Part shown: positions 48,742 through 61,921 of the stretch, piece after piece
How the letters are laid out: each line of letters opens with the position of its first letter
Numbering within the stretch: the stretch's first letter is position 1
Source of the DNA: Octopus sinensis
Lineage: Eukaryota
Assembly: GCF_006345805.1 (NCBI RefSeq)
Contig: NC_043017.1
Location: forward strand, 7,068,001 to 7,132,000
DNA length: 64,000 nt
Reading direction: 5' to 3'
Translations under genes and position numbers: made by a program
The notes under the pieces: generated by a model
What the model was told of the DNA's origin: nothing
The model's input: only the letters and a program-made list of their open reading frames with translations
The model's database searches: none

Positions 48742-49214
48742 CTAATGGCCCTTCTCGACAACGTTGGCCTTTTTTGCATCCGATCCTACTTTGCCGCCGC
48801 CATCACCATCCTCATCCTCCTCGCTGATGTCATCTTCTACGTCGTCCTCCTCGTCTTCCTCTTCGTCGCTCAGCTCCTCGTCGTCGACGCCGTCCAGGGA
48901 CTTGTCTTCATCTTCCTCCTCGTCCTCCTCCTCTTCGTCCTCTTCCTCATCCTCATCATCCTCGTCGTCGTCGCCGGGGAACTGGTTGCTGCTGCTGTTG
49001 TCGCCGCCGCCGCCCGTGGCGGACGAGTTGTCCTTGCGCATCTTCTTCGCTGCTGACACCAGTGCTGCCTCCTGCTGGGTTTCTTCTTCTTCTGGTTTGA
49101 ATCCGAGCCCCGTGTGACCGTGTTTGCCGCTCAGACGTTTGTGTTCTTGGCCCTGTTCAAATTGGTGTTCCAGTTCTCTATCGATCTTAGTCTGCATAGT
49201 GTTTTCACACTTTT
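48742..49214 (-). CDS. C11orf58: Small acidic protein (SMAP/C11orf58-like), terminal coding exon
   Basis: Minus-strand acceptor ttttcag|AAAAG; KCENTMQTKIDRELEHQFEQGQEHKRLSGKHGHTGLGF (SMAP-domain C-half), then a long D/E tract and DAKKANVVEKGH*. Confidence 0.85.
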
Positions 49215-49329
49215 CTGAAAAGAGACAAAAAAGAAAAGTTGTAATAAAATATTACAAAATAACAACAATAATAATAATAATAAACTGTCAAATAGTTATT
49301 TATACAATTACATACGCATGGAAATAGTA

Positions 49330-49720
49330 GTTGTGATACCTACACCGGTGGCACATAAAAAGCACCATCCGAACGTGGCCGTTGCCAGCGCCGCCTCGAC
49401 TGGCTTCTGTGCCGGTGGCACATAAAAAGCACCATCCGAACGTGGCCGATATCAGTGCCGCCTTGGCTGGCTTATGTGCCGGTGGCACGTTAAAAGCACC
49501 AACTGATCGTGGCCGATGCCAGACCCCCCTGGCACCTGTGCAGGTGGCACGTAAAAAGCACCCACTACACTCGCGGAGTGGTTGGCGTTAGGAAGGGCAT
49601 CCAGCTGTAGAAACACTGCCAGATCAGAATGAAGCCTGGTGCAGCCCCTGGCTTCCCAGACCCCGGTCGAACCGTCCAACCTGTGCTAGCGCGGAAAACG
49701 GACATTAAACGATGATGATT
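49330..49720 (+). mobile_element. Family 4 repeat with about 4 tandem ~60-bp head units
   Basis: ccggtggcacataaaaagcaccatccgaacgtggccg repeated. Confidence 0.7.
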
Positions 49721-52700
49721 TTGTCATTATATAGTCAACAGATGAGATCCATAGATTCTCAGTATATATTTCTTTACTGCCCACAAGGGGCTAAACATAG
49801 AGGGGACAAACAAGGACAGACAAAGGGATTAAGTTGATTACATCAACCCCATGTACCTTAGACAAGGTTTTTTTTTTCCTCCCAGTACTTCATGTTGATT
49901 AATACTTTGTGAGTGAAATTTCATAAATAAAACCTGGGGAAAAGGCCGTGACACCTACCTACCTACCTACCTGTGTATTCCGGTGTAAATAGCTCATACT
50001 AAAGTCAGTAAAAGGGAAGTAATTCTCAAAAAAAAAGGACACAACTGTGATAAACTTAGCCCTTCGATAAATAAAGTACGGTAATGTGAGTACCAGACAA
50101 TGAGAAACAATCAGTATAATCCGAGATTAACTAACAAGAAAAATTATAATTTTATAACAAAACTGTTGAGATATTTAAATTCTATAACCTTTTACTTTGC
50201 TTCAGTCTTCAGTCTTTGGATCGTGGCCATGCTGGGGCACTGACTCGAAGAGTTTAGTTGACCAAATTAACACCAGTACGTAATGTCATTTTTCAAGTCT
50301 GGTCCTTATTTTTATCGGTTTCTTTTGCCAAACCACTAAGTTATGAGAATGTCAACAACCCAAGAAACACACACACATTTATATATACGCAACAGGCTTC
50401 CACAGTGTCTTATTTCCTTATTGCCCACAGGGGGCTAAACACAAAGGGGACAAACAAGGACAGAAAAAGGGATAAGTCGATTACATCAACCCCAGTGTGT
50501 AACTGGTACTTAATTTATCGACCCCGAAAGGATGAAAGGCAAAGTTGACCTCAGCAGAATTTGAACTCAGAATGTAACGGCAGATGAAATACCGCTAAAC
50601 ATTTCGCCCGGCGTGCTAACGTTTCTGCCAGCTCGCCACTTCCACATAGTTTCTATACCTCTCAAATTCACTCATAAGGATATGAAATACCAAATTGATA
50701 TGTGCTGTCCGTTTCTTTTTATAGTAGCAGTCCTGATAGCTTTTGATCAGACTTCGTATATTCTACATTGCCTCAGTATACCTAGTTGTTAACAGGTTCC
50801 ACAAGATCATCAAAGAGTGTTACTTCTGATAGACTGGAATCATATCCATGGACAGATTCATCTTTCACCACAATGCCTCTGTGGTTAGCACACTGTACTC
50901 TCCATTACCTCAGTTCACCTAGCTACTATTAGGTACCACGAGAGCATCTAGGAATGCTATGCCTGATAGACTGGTATCATATCCATAAATAGATTTATCT
51001 CTCATCACAGTGTGTCTGTGGTGGTACACTATATTCTACATTATCTCAGTTCACCCAGCTGTCAATGGGTATGTTACCAGTGATATACTGGTGTCATATC
51101 CCAGGAGAGATTTATCTCACATCACAGCATGTTTGAGGTGATGCACTATAAGTCTACATTGCTTCTGTACACCCTAGCTCAGAAGTGGTTCTGATCATAA
51201 CATTGACTTGACTCAACTCTGATGGAAGAGATGTAGCTATGATGATGACACAACACTGGAAAAGGTGTGGTCATGATTTCAGGTTGGCACAACACAGATG
51301 TAGGGGGTGTGGCCTTGATATTAGTTTTAATAACGCTGATGGAGAAGGTGTGGCCATCAAAATGGGAAGGTAGAACACTAGAAAACTGAGCAATAGTAGC
51401 AAGAGAGAGAGAGAGAGAGAGCCATAAGGTTCCTGAGGGCTTTAGGCTCCTGTTTTATGGTGTCGAGATAATTTTCCCCTAGAATTAAATGTTTCAGTAG
51501 AGTTCACTCTATGACTGGTATCTAATATTTATTAAAGATTTAATCAGAGGAAAAGCAACATTATTTGACCCCTTTTCAGGGTCTCTGGGACTAGTGAAAA
51601 GAAGGGAGTCAATTCAACTCAAATCAAGAACTTGGCCACTGTTAACATAATGGACCCAATGACCAGGGGGTGATATTAAAACAAGCAAACATAAGTATGA
51701 TCCCACCCTGGGTCTCATGCAGGTTCTGACAACTAATTTTCACTGCTAAGTTATGGGGGTGTAAACACACCAACACCAGTTGTCAAGTAATGATGGGGGG
51801 GGGGGGGCAAACACAGACACACACATAGATCAAATTGCCATTTAGCACTGCAACTGACCCCAACCAAGCAGATGTAATACCTTGAGATAATAAGAGTTAA
51901 AATCCAGTCTGGAGATAGGGATTATAGGTTAATCCAGCTATTACACACCTTATTTGATGATATGGATCACACATTTTTTCTCCCACCAAAATGTTTAAAA
52001 AAAAAAAAAAAAACCCACCCTGGATCCTAGATGCAGAGTTGGGCCCTGCATAAGCTTTAATGCTCTAAAAAAAACTTTGTTGAATAAGTGCTGTGTCTAA
52101 TATGCCCATGTGTCTTTTAAGCCATAAAATACAAATATGTTTTAGCATGCAGATAAAAGCCCAGTCAAACAGCATTATAATCATAATACAGCCATGATAT
52201 CCAGTTTGACACAAAGGTTATTATTTAGCATTTTAAAGGCGGTGAAGTGGTAGAAACGTTGGCATGTCAAACAAAAAGCTTAGCTACTCGCTTTGTGTTC
52301 TGGGTTCAAATTCCACCAAGGCCAAATTTGCCCTCCGTTCTTTTGAGGTCAATGAAATAAGTACCAGTTGAACACTGGGGTTAATGTAATTGACTAGCCC
52401 ACTCCCACAAAAATTGCAGGCCTTGTGCCTATAGTAGAAAGGACTATTTAGCACTTTAATCAACCCCAAGATCAGAAGTAATACAGCTGTGACCCAGCAA
52501 TTCCTATCATAGTAGGTGCATTAGGTATGATAAAAAAAATAACATTCAGACAAATAGATAACAGAAACACCAGGACTAACAAGCATATATAACATACAGA
52601 AAACAGCATTACTAGGCACCGCACACATCCTACGTAATACACTTTCAATACAGTGAAAATAAGAACATCACAACAGACTACAGCAGAAGACCATGGCGCA

Positions 52701-52739
52701 CACATGGTGCAGTGAAAGCACAGGATAAAAATAAGACTA

Positions 52740-52775
<36 letters not shown>

Positions 52776-53194
52776 CCTTTCTACTAAATGCATGAGGCCT
52801 GAAATTTGGCATTGTTTATCTTGATACAAGATCACCATGTCGTGCACATATGGTTGTGATGCATGTGCCTGGTGTACCCTTATCAGACGGGTAGTCATGA
52901 TGGGTATACTGGGCTTCGTATATATGTACCCCAGTGTCACTTTGATGGCATGCACTGCGTTCTCACTCATAATAATAATAATAATAATTTCAAATTTTGG
53001 TACAAGGCCAGAAATTTTGGTGGAGGGGTGAGTTGATTACATTGACCCTAGTGTGTAACTGGTACTTATTTCATCAACTCTGACAGGATGAAAGGCAAAG
53101 TTGACCATAGTGGAATTTGAACTCATAACACAAAGACAGAAAATACCACAAAGCACTTTGCCCAGCACACTAACAATTCTGCCAGCTCACCACC

Positions 53195-53227
<33 letters not shown>

Positions 53228-54256
53228 TAATAATAATGTCAGTATAGCATTGTGCTTCCTCAGAAACGTAGGGAAATGGCACCTAGGAGCAATAAACTAA
53301 TTAATGTAATACCTAAACTTAATCAGCTATTCTTCATTTATATTTCAGTAACAAACAGGATCTAATTAAATAGTTAATTATTTTTACAGGTGATCTAAAT
53401 CTTTAATTACCATTAAGTGTTTATTGATTTAATCATTCATTTAATGTCAGATTTGATGGCTACAGGTGTTCAAAGTGTTAATCACTGGTTTACTGTCTTT
53501 CCGATAGAGAGTGTGCTGTAAGGGATTATCTGGACAGCTCGGTAGGGAACAAATACTACCCAGGCACAGATGTGCTGCCTGGGGAGGCAAGGCAGGTAGT
53601 GCTTACCCTGAATGAAATAGATCATCATCATCATCATCATCATCGTTTAATGTCCGCTTTCCATGCTAGCATGGGTTGGACGATTTTGACTGAGGGCTGG
53701 TGAACCAGATGGCTGCACCAGGCTCCAATCTTGATCTGGCAGAGTTTCTACAGCTGGACGCCCTTCCTAACGCCAACCACTCCGAGAGTGTAGTGGGTGC
53801 TTTTTATGTGCCAATAGTAACATTTTCCTTTTATGGCAAAATATGCACCTAATTCAATAAAATTATGAAGCTCTGATTATTATGCATAAAATGCAAACTA
53901 CCTTATATTTTTGTAGATTAGGTAAGCATAATTCGCCCATTCCTTTCAATCTCAGTATTAAAGCTACACATAGAACTGCTGTAGTACACATGCTGCATAT
54001 ACTCCTACAACAACGTTTTCTTTATGCCCCATAAAGGCAGAAGTAAATCTGCTTCCAACTCAGTTGGTCACCTGCATTTCGCTTATTTTTTCATGTGCTT
54101 TACTGCATAAATGTCACCAATTGCCTACCCTGAGTAATAACTCATGGCACATGCCTGAATACAGGGTATTTTCATTTGAAAAGTACTGGTTTCCAAATAA
54201 GGTAATAATATTTCCCTGTGGCCAGATCTTAAGTTCTTAAGCAGATACGGCCGAAA

Positions 54257-54530
54257 ATGTCGCTAGAAGCTGAGATCACCAAGCGTAGATTGGCATATTT
54301 CGGTCATATTATGCGGAGAGAATCCCTGGAGAAGGACATCATGCTCGGAATGGTCAGTGGCAAGAGAGGAAGAGGCCGACCAAGAACCCGCTGCCTTGAC
54401 AACATCAGGAGTGATACTGGAATGGACATGGCCAATCTGAAGGAAGCAGCCCAGGATAGAACTGACTGGAGGACACTGATCCAACGAGTGACCGAGAGTC
54501 AACTTCGACTGAGCGGATAGAGAGAGAGTG
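54257..54530 (+). mobile_element. RTE-BovB-like LINE 3' end
   Basis: KRRLAYFGHIMRRESLEKDIMLGMVSGKRGRGRPRTRCLDNI..AAQDRTDWR..RLSG*, then a (GA)n tail. Confidence 0.85.
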
Positions 54531-55347
54531 GCCAGATATGTTCTGACAGGGCATTGGAAATAAACGACACTGCTTGTATGACAGTGATACTCGTTTACAA
54601 CAATGACTTGATGTCAAGCGCAAGGAGACACAAACACACACCACACACATGCATACGATGAGCTTCTTTCAGTTTCTACTAACCAAATCCACTCACAAGG
54701 ATTTCGCTGGGCTGGAGTTATAGTTGAAGACACATGCTGAAGGTGCCATGCAGTGGGACTGAACTCAAGACCATGTGGTCGGGAAGCAAGCTTCTTACCA
54801 CACAGCCATATCTATGTCTATAAACAACCAGAGAAACAAACACGTGGACAAAATAAGAACTCAAAACCCATGGTTTGGGGAGTCAGTATCTTATCTCTGT
54901 AACTATGTTTCCTCCAGCAGGTGATCTAACAATGAAGAGGTGGCTTCTACATAGTTGCTCGACCTGTTAGAAATAGTAGCCAAATCACCTTCAAATTACA
55001 CACCCTGACACAGGGGATAACTGGCTCGCTGCTAGTTGGTTATGATGAATGTTCCAGATGATTTAATCAACCTGCTTGTAAAATTAACATGTACGTGGCG
55101 AGGGCTCCACAGACAGACATATCCTTAATGTAGTTCTCAGGGAGATTCAGTATGACACAGAATGTGACAAGACTAGCCCTTTAAAGAACGGGCGCAACCT
55201 ATTTCTGCTTTCTGAGTAGACTGGAGCAACATGAAATAAAATGTCTTGCTCAAGGACGCAGTGTACAGCCAGGAATTGAACTCAAGACTTTACAATCATG
55301 TGCCTAATACCCTGACCACTAACCCACATAGGGGATAATGTTCTTAA

Positions 55348-55563
55348 CCCTTTTGCTACAAACCCGGCTGAAACCGGCTCTGGCTCTGTAGTACAAATGT
55401 TTTTAAAAGTTCTAAATTAAAATCTTCCACCAAACCTTAGTCACAATTTATGTTCCTAACACTAGCTTAATGATAACTTAGTTATTTTACTAAATACTTT
55501 GTTATACTTAAAATAATTGAAAGAAACACAAAGCATCTCAAAATAAATACAGTAACGAAAGGG
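55348..55563 (+). mobile_element. piggyBac-type MITE
   Basis: TTAA TSDs at 55344 and 55564; CCCTTT/AAAGGG termini. Confidence 0.8.
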
Positions 55564-55978
55564 TTAAATATCCTCTATGTTTGAATCATCATCATTTAAC
55601 ATCCATTTTCCATGCTGGTATGGGTTGAACAGTTTGACAGGAGATAGGCAAACCAGAGAATTGCACCAAGCTCTCCCGTCTGCTGACATAGTTTCTACTG
55701 CTGGATGCCCTTCCTAATACCAACCACCATACAAAGTGTACTGGGTGCTTTCTATTTGGCACCAACACCAGTGGGGTGACCAAGTAACTTGCAAGATGAA
55801 AGCCTCTCAGCTGGGAGAAGTTGAACCGAGGATGACCGCCACCAAAAAAAAAAAAAAAAAACTATGATGGTCACAGCTGGAACATCCTTTAATCATAGGT
55901 CTGCTACAGGGTCCGAGTTGTTAACCCAGGGCTAAACAACAACAATGACGAAAAAAAAAAGAAATTAGAAATACGAAC

Positions 55979-56015
55979 CGAGACCTTTCTCATTTCCTGG
56001 ATTATCTTGGTCTCT
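55979..56015 (-). CDS. C11orf58: SMAP-like 37-nt internal micro-exon (predicted)
   Basis: ttttatttcag|AGAGAC..CTCG|gttcgt; RDQDNPGNEKGL; phase 0 to 1 exactly bridges the 61832 and 49214 exons and gives a spacer length similar to vertebrate SMAP. Confidence 0.65.
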
Positions 56016-56122
56016 CTGAAATAAAAGAAAGGATTTTGTTTTAGTTCCAGAAAATGGCATCAGACATTGCACACACACACAATCATTACCTCTTTTTTTC
56101 AAACCAATTTTATGCTATATAT

Positions 56123-56164
<42 letters not shown>

Positions 56165-56168
<4 letters not shown>

Positions 56169-56360
56169 ATCCAAACAAGAAAGCACAAAAAAACATAACG
56201 CGAGGACGTGGAACAAATATAGTATTATTGAATGCTCAGGAAAGAAGGAGGGTTTAACGTTTCAAGCGGAGCTCTTCGTCGGAAACATAGGAGAAGGAAA
56301 GATCCAGAGAAGGGAAGACAGAGGAAAAAAAATCGCCAACGGTACACACGCGGTCACATT
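56165..56360 (-). repeat. ~196-bp dispersed repeat carrying HHR family E (second copy 57574-57771)
   Basis: Two near-identical direct copies 1409 bp apart, each abutting (TA)n. Confidence 0.85.
56252..56286 (-). ncRNA. Minimal hammerhead-like motif with CCGACGA core, family E copy 1
   Basis: GUUU-CCGACGAA-GAGC ucc GCUU-GAAAC-GUU-AAAC. Confidence 0.5.
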
Positions 56361-56493
56361 CAATATGTCATCTATTCAGTAAGACAACCAATACTTCATT
56401 TCATTTTACTATTTATACTATATATTGTATATTCTACATTAATATTATAAAGAACATAAATAAAACAAAAAACAGACAGTTGGAATTCCCTTG

Positions 56494-56535
<42 letters not shown>

Positions 56536-56548
56536 CATTCAAACCCCT

Positions 56549-56585
<37 letters not shown>

Positions 56586-57536
56586 GGTGCAGCGCATAGT
56601 TGTGTGGTTAAGAACCTTGCTTCTCAGCCAGATTGTTTCAGGTTCAGTCTCACTGCATGGCACCATCGGCAGGTGTCTTCTATTACAACCCTGGGTCGAC
56701 CAAAGCCTCGTGAGTGGATAAGGTGGAGAGAAACTGAAAGAAGCTCATCATATTTATTTATGTGTATGGGCACGTGTGTGTTTATGTGTGTGTGTTACTG
56801 TCTCCTTGCCTTGACATTGCATGGTAATTGTAAGCAGGTGTCACCATCGTGCAGGTAGTATCTTTCGTTTCCAAAATTCTGCGAAAACAGATGATGATGA
56901 TGATGATATCATTACCAACATTATTTTCACCACCACCACCACTATCATCATCATCATCATTATTAACAACATCACAATCATGTCTTCATCTCCATGAAGA
57001 GCCTCTACATGGTTGCTTGACAAGGTAGAAATAGCAAGCAAAGCTCCTCCAAATAACATTCTTATTTCTTTATTGGCCACAAGGGGCTACACACAGGGGA
57101 CAAACAAGGACAGACAAATGGATTAAGTCGATTATATTGACCCCAGTGCATAACTGGTACTTAATTTATCGACTCCGAAAGGATGAAAGGCAAAGTCGAC
57201 CTCAGCAGAATTTGAACTCAGAACATAAAGACGGATAAAATGCCGCTAAGCATTCGCTAATCTCTGGTCAATCATTTGTCCATAGCAGTGGTTCTCTCAA
57301 CCATTTTCTGCCTATGGACCCTTTTGACCCCTATTTTGACAGATGGACCCTCATAGCCATTTGATTTTTAAAAAATTTTTTAAACGCCATTATATTTTTA
57401 GGATTAAATACTATTTGGAATTGTGTAAATAAAAATTGTGAAAATATTTTCTGTATTGTAAAAATAAATTTTAACAAATCATATATGGACCCATCCCAAG
57501 GGGATATACACATACATATATAACACACACACACAC

Positions 57537-57569
<33 letters not shown>

Positions 57570-57663
57570 TAAAGTTAATCCAAAGAAGAAAGCACAAAAA
57601 AACACAACAACGCGAGGACGTGGAATAAATATAGTATTATCGGACGCTCAGGAAAGAAGGAGG

Positions 57664-57698
57664 GTTTAACGTTTCGAGCGGAGCTCTTCGTTGGAAAC
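57664..57698 (-). ncRNA. Minimal hammerhead-like motif, family E copy 2 (core damaged, CCAACGA)
   Basis: GUUU-CCAACGAA-GAGC ucc GCUC-GAAAC-GUU-AAAC. Confidence 0.4.
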
Positions 57699-58325
57699 AT
57701 AGGAGAAGGAAAGATCCAGAGAAGGGAAGACAGAGGAAAAAAATCGCCAACGGTACACACGAGGTCACATTTTGAAAAAAATACATATATATATATATAT
57801 ACAAATACATACATATGTACACACACATATATACATACATACAAACAAATATATGTAGACATGTGTGTGAAGGGAATGAGGCTATAGTATGTGTGTGTAT
57901 ATAATGCATGTGAACATAATGATACACATGAAATCATAAACTTTGATATGCATGTGAGAAGAGAGAGAGAAAATGAAGTATTTCTAGGTATGTACATAAT
58001 GTATGCGAATATATTCAGACACTTCATCAAGAACAATTCATAAAGATCCACACATATATATACTATACTATACACATATACATATGGTGTGAATTCTTTG
58101 ATTTTTTTCCCAATAGGGTTCCATGTTTAGCACAAAAAGCAAGAACCGGTTTTTATTTAAAAGAAACATTTTAACAACCAGTTCACAGGATCACAGGGCC
58201 CGATTTACCACTGCCCTGTCTCCACCACACACATATGTATGTATGTATAGATAGATAGAAAATGGTATGAATGGCATTCTTCATTTAAAATCTCTACAAC
58301 TGTTTTGACAGATTTTCACACTTAA

Positions 58326-58542
58326 CCCTTTTGTTACCGTATTTATTTTGAGATGTGTTTCTTTCAATTAATTTTAGATATAACAAAGAATTTAGTAAAA
58401 TAACTTTGTTCTCATTCAGCTGGTGTTAGGAACATAAATTGTGGACTGAGGTTTATTGGAAAATTTTAATTCAAAACTTATGAAAACAAGACATTTGAAC
58501 TCAGAGCCGGAGCCGGTTTCAGCTGGGTTGGTAACGAAAGGG
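58326..58542 (-). mobile_element. piggyBac-type MITE
   Basis: TTAA TSDs at 58322 and 58543; reverse complement of 55348-55563. Confidence 0.8.
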
Positions 58543-58982
58543 TTAAAGTACATTCTTTTCTACTCTAGGCACAAAGCCCGAAATTTTTGTGGAGGGGGCC
58601 AGTTGATTAGATTGACCCCCTAGTACGCAACTGGTACTTAATTTTTCGACCCCCGAAAGGATAAAAGACCAAGTCGACTTCAGCGGAATTTGAACCCAGA
58701 ATGTAAAGAGAGACGAAATACCGCTAAGCATTTCGCCTGGCGTGCTAACATTTCTGCCAGCTTGCCGCCTTTTAACATTTGTAGATCCAAACAAAGTGTA
58801 AAATGCACCTCCCCAGGAAATCGTTTAAAGAAGTCCTTTGTTAGATCTTACTCTCATTCCTGATGTATATCCAGTAACAGCAGCATTTCCACTGTATGGT
58901 GACATCAGGTAGCCAACAACGGCAGATGAGCTTTGTGTGAGGATTTTACCTGAATTTTATTTAACTATATATATATGTGTTC

Positions 58983-59330
58983 TTTTATTCTTTTACTTGT
59001 TTCAGTCATTTGACTGCAGCCATGCTGGAGCACATCTTTAGTTGAACAAATCATCCCCAGGACTTATTCTTTGTAAGCCTAGTACTTATTCTATCAGTCT
59101 CTTTTGCCAAACCGCTAAGTTGCGGGGACATAAACACAGATATACGACGGGCTTCTTTCAGTTTCCGTCTACCAGATCCACTCACAAGGCTTTGGTTGAG
59201 CCAAGACTATAGTATTAGACAGTTGCCCAAAATGCCATGCAGTGGGACTGAACCCGGAACCATGTGGTTGGGAAGCAAGGTCCTTACCACCCAATCACTC
59301 CTGCACCTATTTTTTTTTCTATAGCCCTGG
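58983..59330 (-). mobile_element. SINE family 1 (internally deleted)
   Basis: Reverse complement of the consensus. Confidence 0.7.
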
Positions 59331-59514
59331 GCTAACCAAAGCCTTGGGCATGAAGTTGATACAGATACCAAAAGAAACTTGCTGCGTATGAGTCTAGCCT
59401 TGTATCTCCTTGTCTTCACATGAATGCTGTAAATGAATGTCATAGGTTTCCAACATTTTGTGAAAAGATGTCTGTCTCTGGGGATGCATTACTCTGCTTG
59501 GAAACAGGTAATAA

Positions 59515-59700
59515 ATTCTGCGACCCTGCTACGTTCTCAAATTACATCATTTCGGATATGATTTTACAATGATGTTCCGAGCATGGATCTTTCCATGGCC
59601 CTGTATGTCATAGCCAATCGATGTTCATCCCTCTTCGTTGGTAGCCCACATCTTACTTGCCCACGTCTTTGCATATAGGACACCAGTTAAGTACCTGGGC
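59515..59700 (-). mobile_element. RTE-like LINE RT-distal fragment
   Basis: TKRDEHRLAMTYRAMERSMLGTSL*NHIRNDVI*ERSRV. Confidence 0.65.
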
Positions 59701-61831
59701 CCCATGTGGTAACGGTCCTTTTAGCTCACTGCTTTAAAGAAGCATTAACAATAATAATAACAAGAGCACTCAGAGAGCTCAAACCTCTGCCAAGGGCAAC
59801 ATCAGTGTCCTCTCAACAATTAATCGGAGATGATTTTTAAAATGAGAACATCTGAAATAAAACGACTGCTCTCACAAACGAGAATACTAATAATGAACCC
59901 GACCGCTCTCAAAAAAATTAATTAAAAAAAAAACAGGAAAAATAATCCCAAATCCTTGTCTGGTACTGGATCGGTCCCAAAATATTATCAGTTCGTGCCA
60001 GTCACGAGGCCAAACATCTCTGAAAGTTTCATCCGAATCCATCCAGTGGTTCTTGAGATATCTTGTCCAAGGATAAACCAACAAACAAACACGACTGAAA
60101 ACAATACCTCTGCCTTCGTTAAGGCAGAGGTAATAATGACCTTGTTTACTGTAGGCACAAGGCCTGAAAAATGGAGGCAGGGAAAATAGTGCGTAACTGG
60201 TACTTATTTCATCAACCCCAAAAGGATGAAAGACAAAATCGACCTTGGTAGAATTTGAACTCAGAATGTTAAGGACAGACAAAATGCCATTGAGCATATC
60301 ACCCGGTGTGCCAACAATTTTGCCAGCTTGTAAATTTATATCAGACCTTTTGTTAAAAGTTGTTTTGCAACCTTGTGGTTTAGGGTTCAATCCTACTGCT
60401 TGGCACCTTGGACAAGTGTCTTCAACTATAGCTCCAGACCAACCAATGCCTTGTGAGTGAATTAATACATGGAAACCATGCGGAAGCCCATCACGTGTGT
60501 GCGTATCTGTATTTGTCTGTATGTCACACCTCCTCCACTGCTTGACAACCAGTCTTGGTTTGTTTATGTCCTGTGACTTGGCAGTTTGGCAAGAAAAAGA
60601 CCAACAGAACAAGTATACCGAGCTTACAAAAAAAAAAAAAGAGTACAGGGGTCAATTTGTTTGACTAAACCCTTGAAAGCAAGGTCCCAGCATGGCCACA
60701 GTACAATGACTGAATCAAATAAAAGCTAAAACAAGTAGAAGATATCAGGGCTGTGGAGTTGGAGTCAGAAACAATTAGGGGGTAGTCGGAGTCTTTTTTG
60801 TTTCAACTCCACGGCCCTGGAAGAAACAAAAGCAATGTATTTCAACAGAAATATGGTAACAAAGCATTAAACCCCACCTGAAGAGCATCATGTGAAATTT
60901 GCTTTTCATCCCCTTTCCAGAGTTGCATGACCGGTAAATACAGAGGGATTGGTTGAGAGCAGTGACACCATTCCCACCTTTGCTCCCTCAACCCACTCCA
61001 CTCCATCCTGTCCTAACACTGCAGAAATATGACGTGACATTAAGGTCCGCTAAATCAGGTTTGACTCAGGGGTTAAACGAGGGAACGAAAATGCAAGCCA
61101 ATGAGATAGTTGATATTCCTGTACATGGCAGCTCTGGTTGCAAGACACAGCAGCTAACTACCCCACCAAGTCAAATTTCACTGATTTACAAAAAAAAAAA
61201 AAAAAGGAGAGCGAAACATTGGGTAGCATAGTTCTGAATCTACTATGCCTGAAAAAAAAAAAATAATAAACAGGGTTGGTCACAATTGGACTATGTGACA
61301 TTCAACGCCTAGTGGATATTAATTAACCTGAGTAAACAACAAAAATGAGTGATCAAAAAAATAAAAATAAAAAACCAAAAAGAGGGACCATATTTCATTC
61401 CTGGTTAGCAATAAGAACTTTGGTTTTGTCAGCCACAAGAGATGCCGACATACATGAGGAAGCACAGGGCAATGAGGAGGTGCCAAGGACGAGATAAGTA
61501 TAATAATTTTCAAAAGCAAACAAAAAAAATATAAAAAAAAAAAGGTGGGGATTAATCCATCCTGGTTAGCGGTAGGAAGGGTTAACTTTGGTTTTGCCAG
61601 CCACGAGGTGGCACCAATATAAACGAGGAAGCATAAATGAAGAAATACAGGGAAACGAGGAGCGGAGGATGATGTGTTTATTGTTATTTTCAAAAACAAA
61701 CCAAAAAAAAAAATGTTAAAAAAAGAGGGGTGTTAATCCCTAATTGGTTTCTGTTTGCGCAAGCCCCTATCCAAACCAACAAGAATGACCATCACACGCT
61801 AAGGACTTAGTATTGGTTTTCGTTTATTTAC

Positions 61832-61921
61832 CTTATTAGAAGCACCCATCAAACGAAGGAACTTTTCCTTGCGGTCTTCATTGCCAGCAAAGCTTGCAGA
61901 TTCCCAGTCATTGGGAGAACC
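61832..61921 (-). CDS. C11orf58: SMAP-like exon, SMAP-domain N-half
   Basis: ttctgtag|GGTTCT..AATAAG|gtaaat; GSPNDWESASFAGNEDRKEKFLRLMGASNK (W..A.FG..ERK.KFLRLMG motif). Confidence 0.9.

Noticed and set aside
59887-60612. 241-aa ORF on -
   Set aside because: Runs through SINE family 1 and 3 fragments and an unrelated repeat; no coherent domain or splice context.
60872-60910. CUGAAGA-GCA uca UGU-GAAA hammerhead-like start
   Set aside because: No NUH/stem III and no stem I complement.
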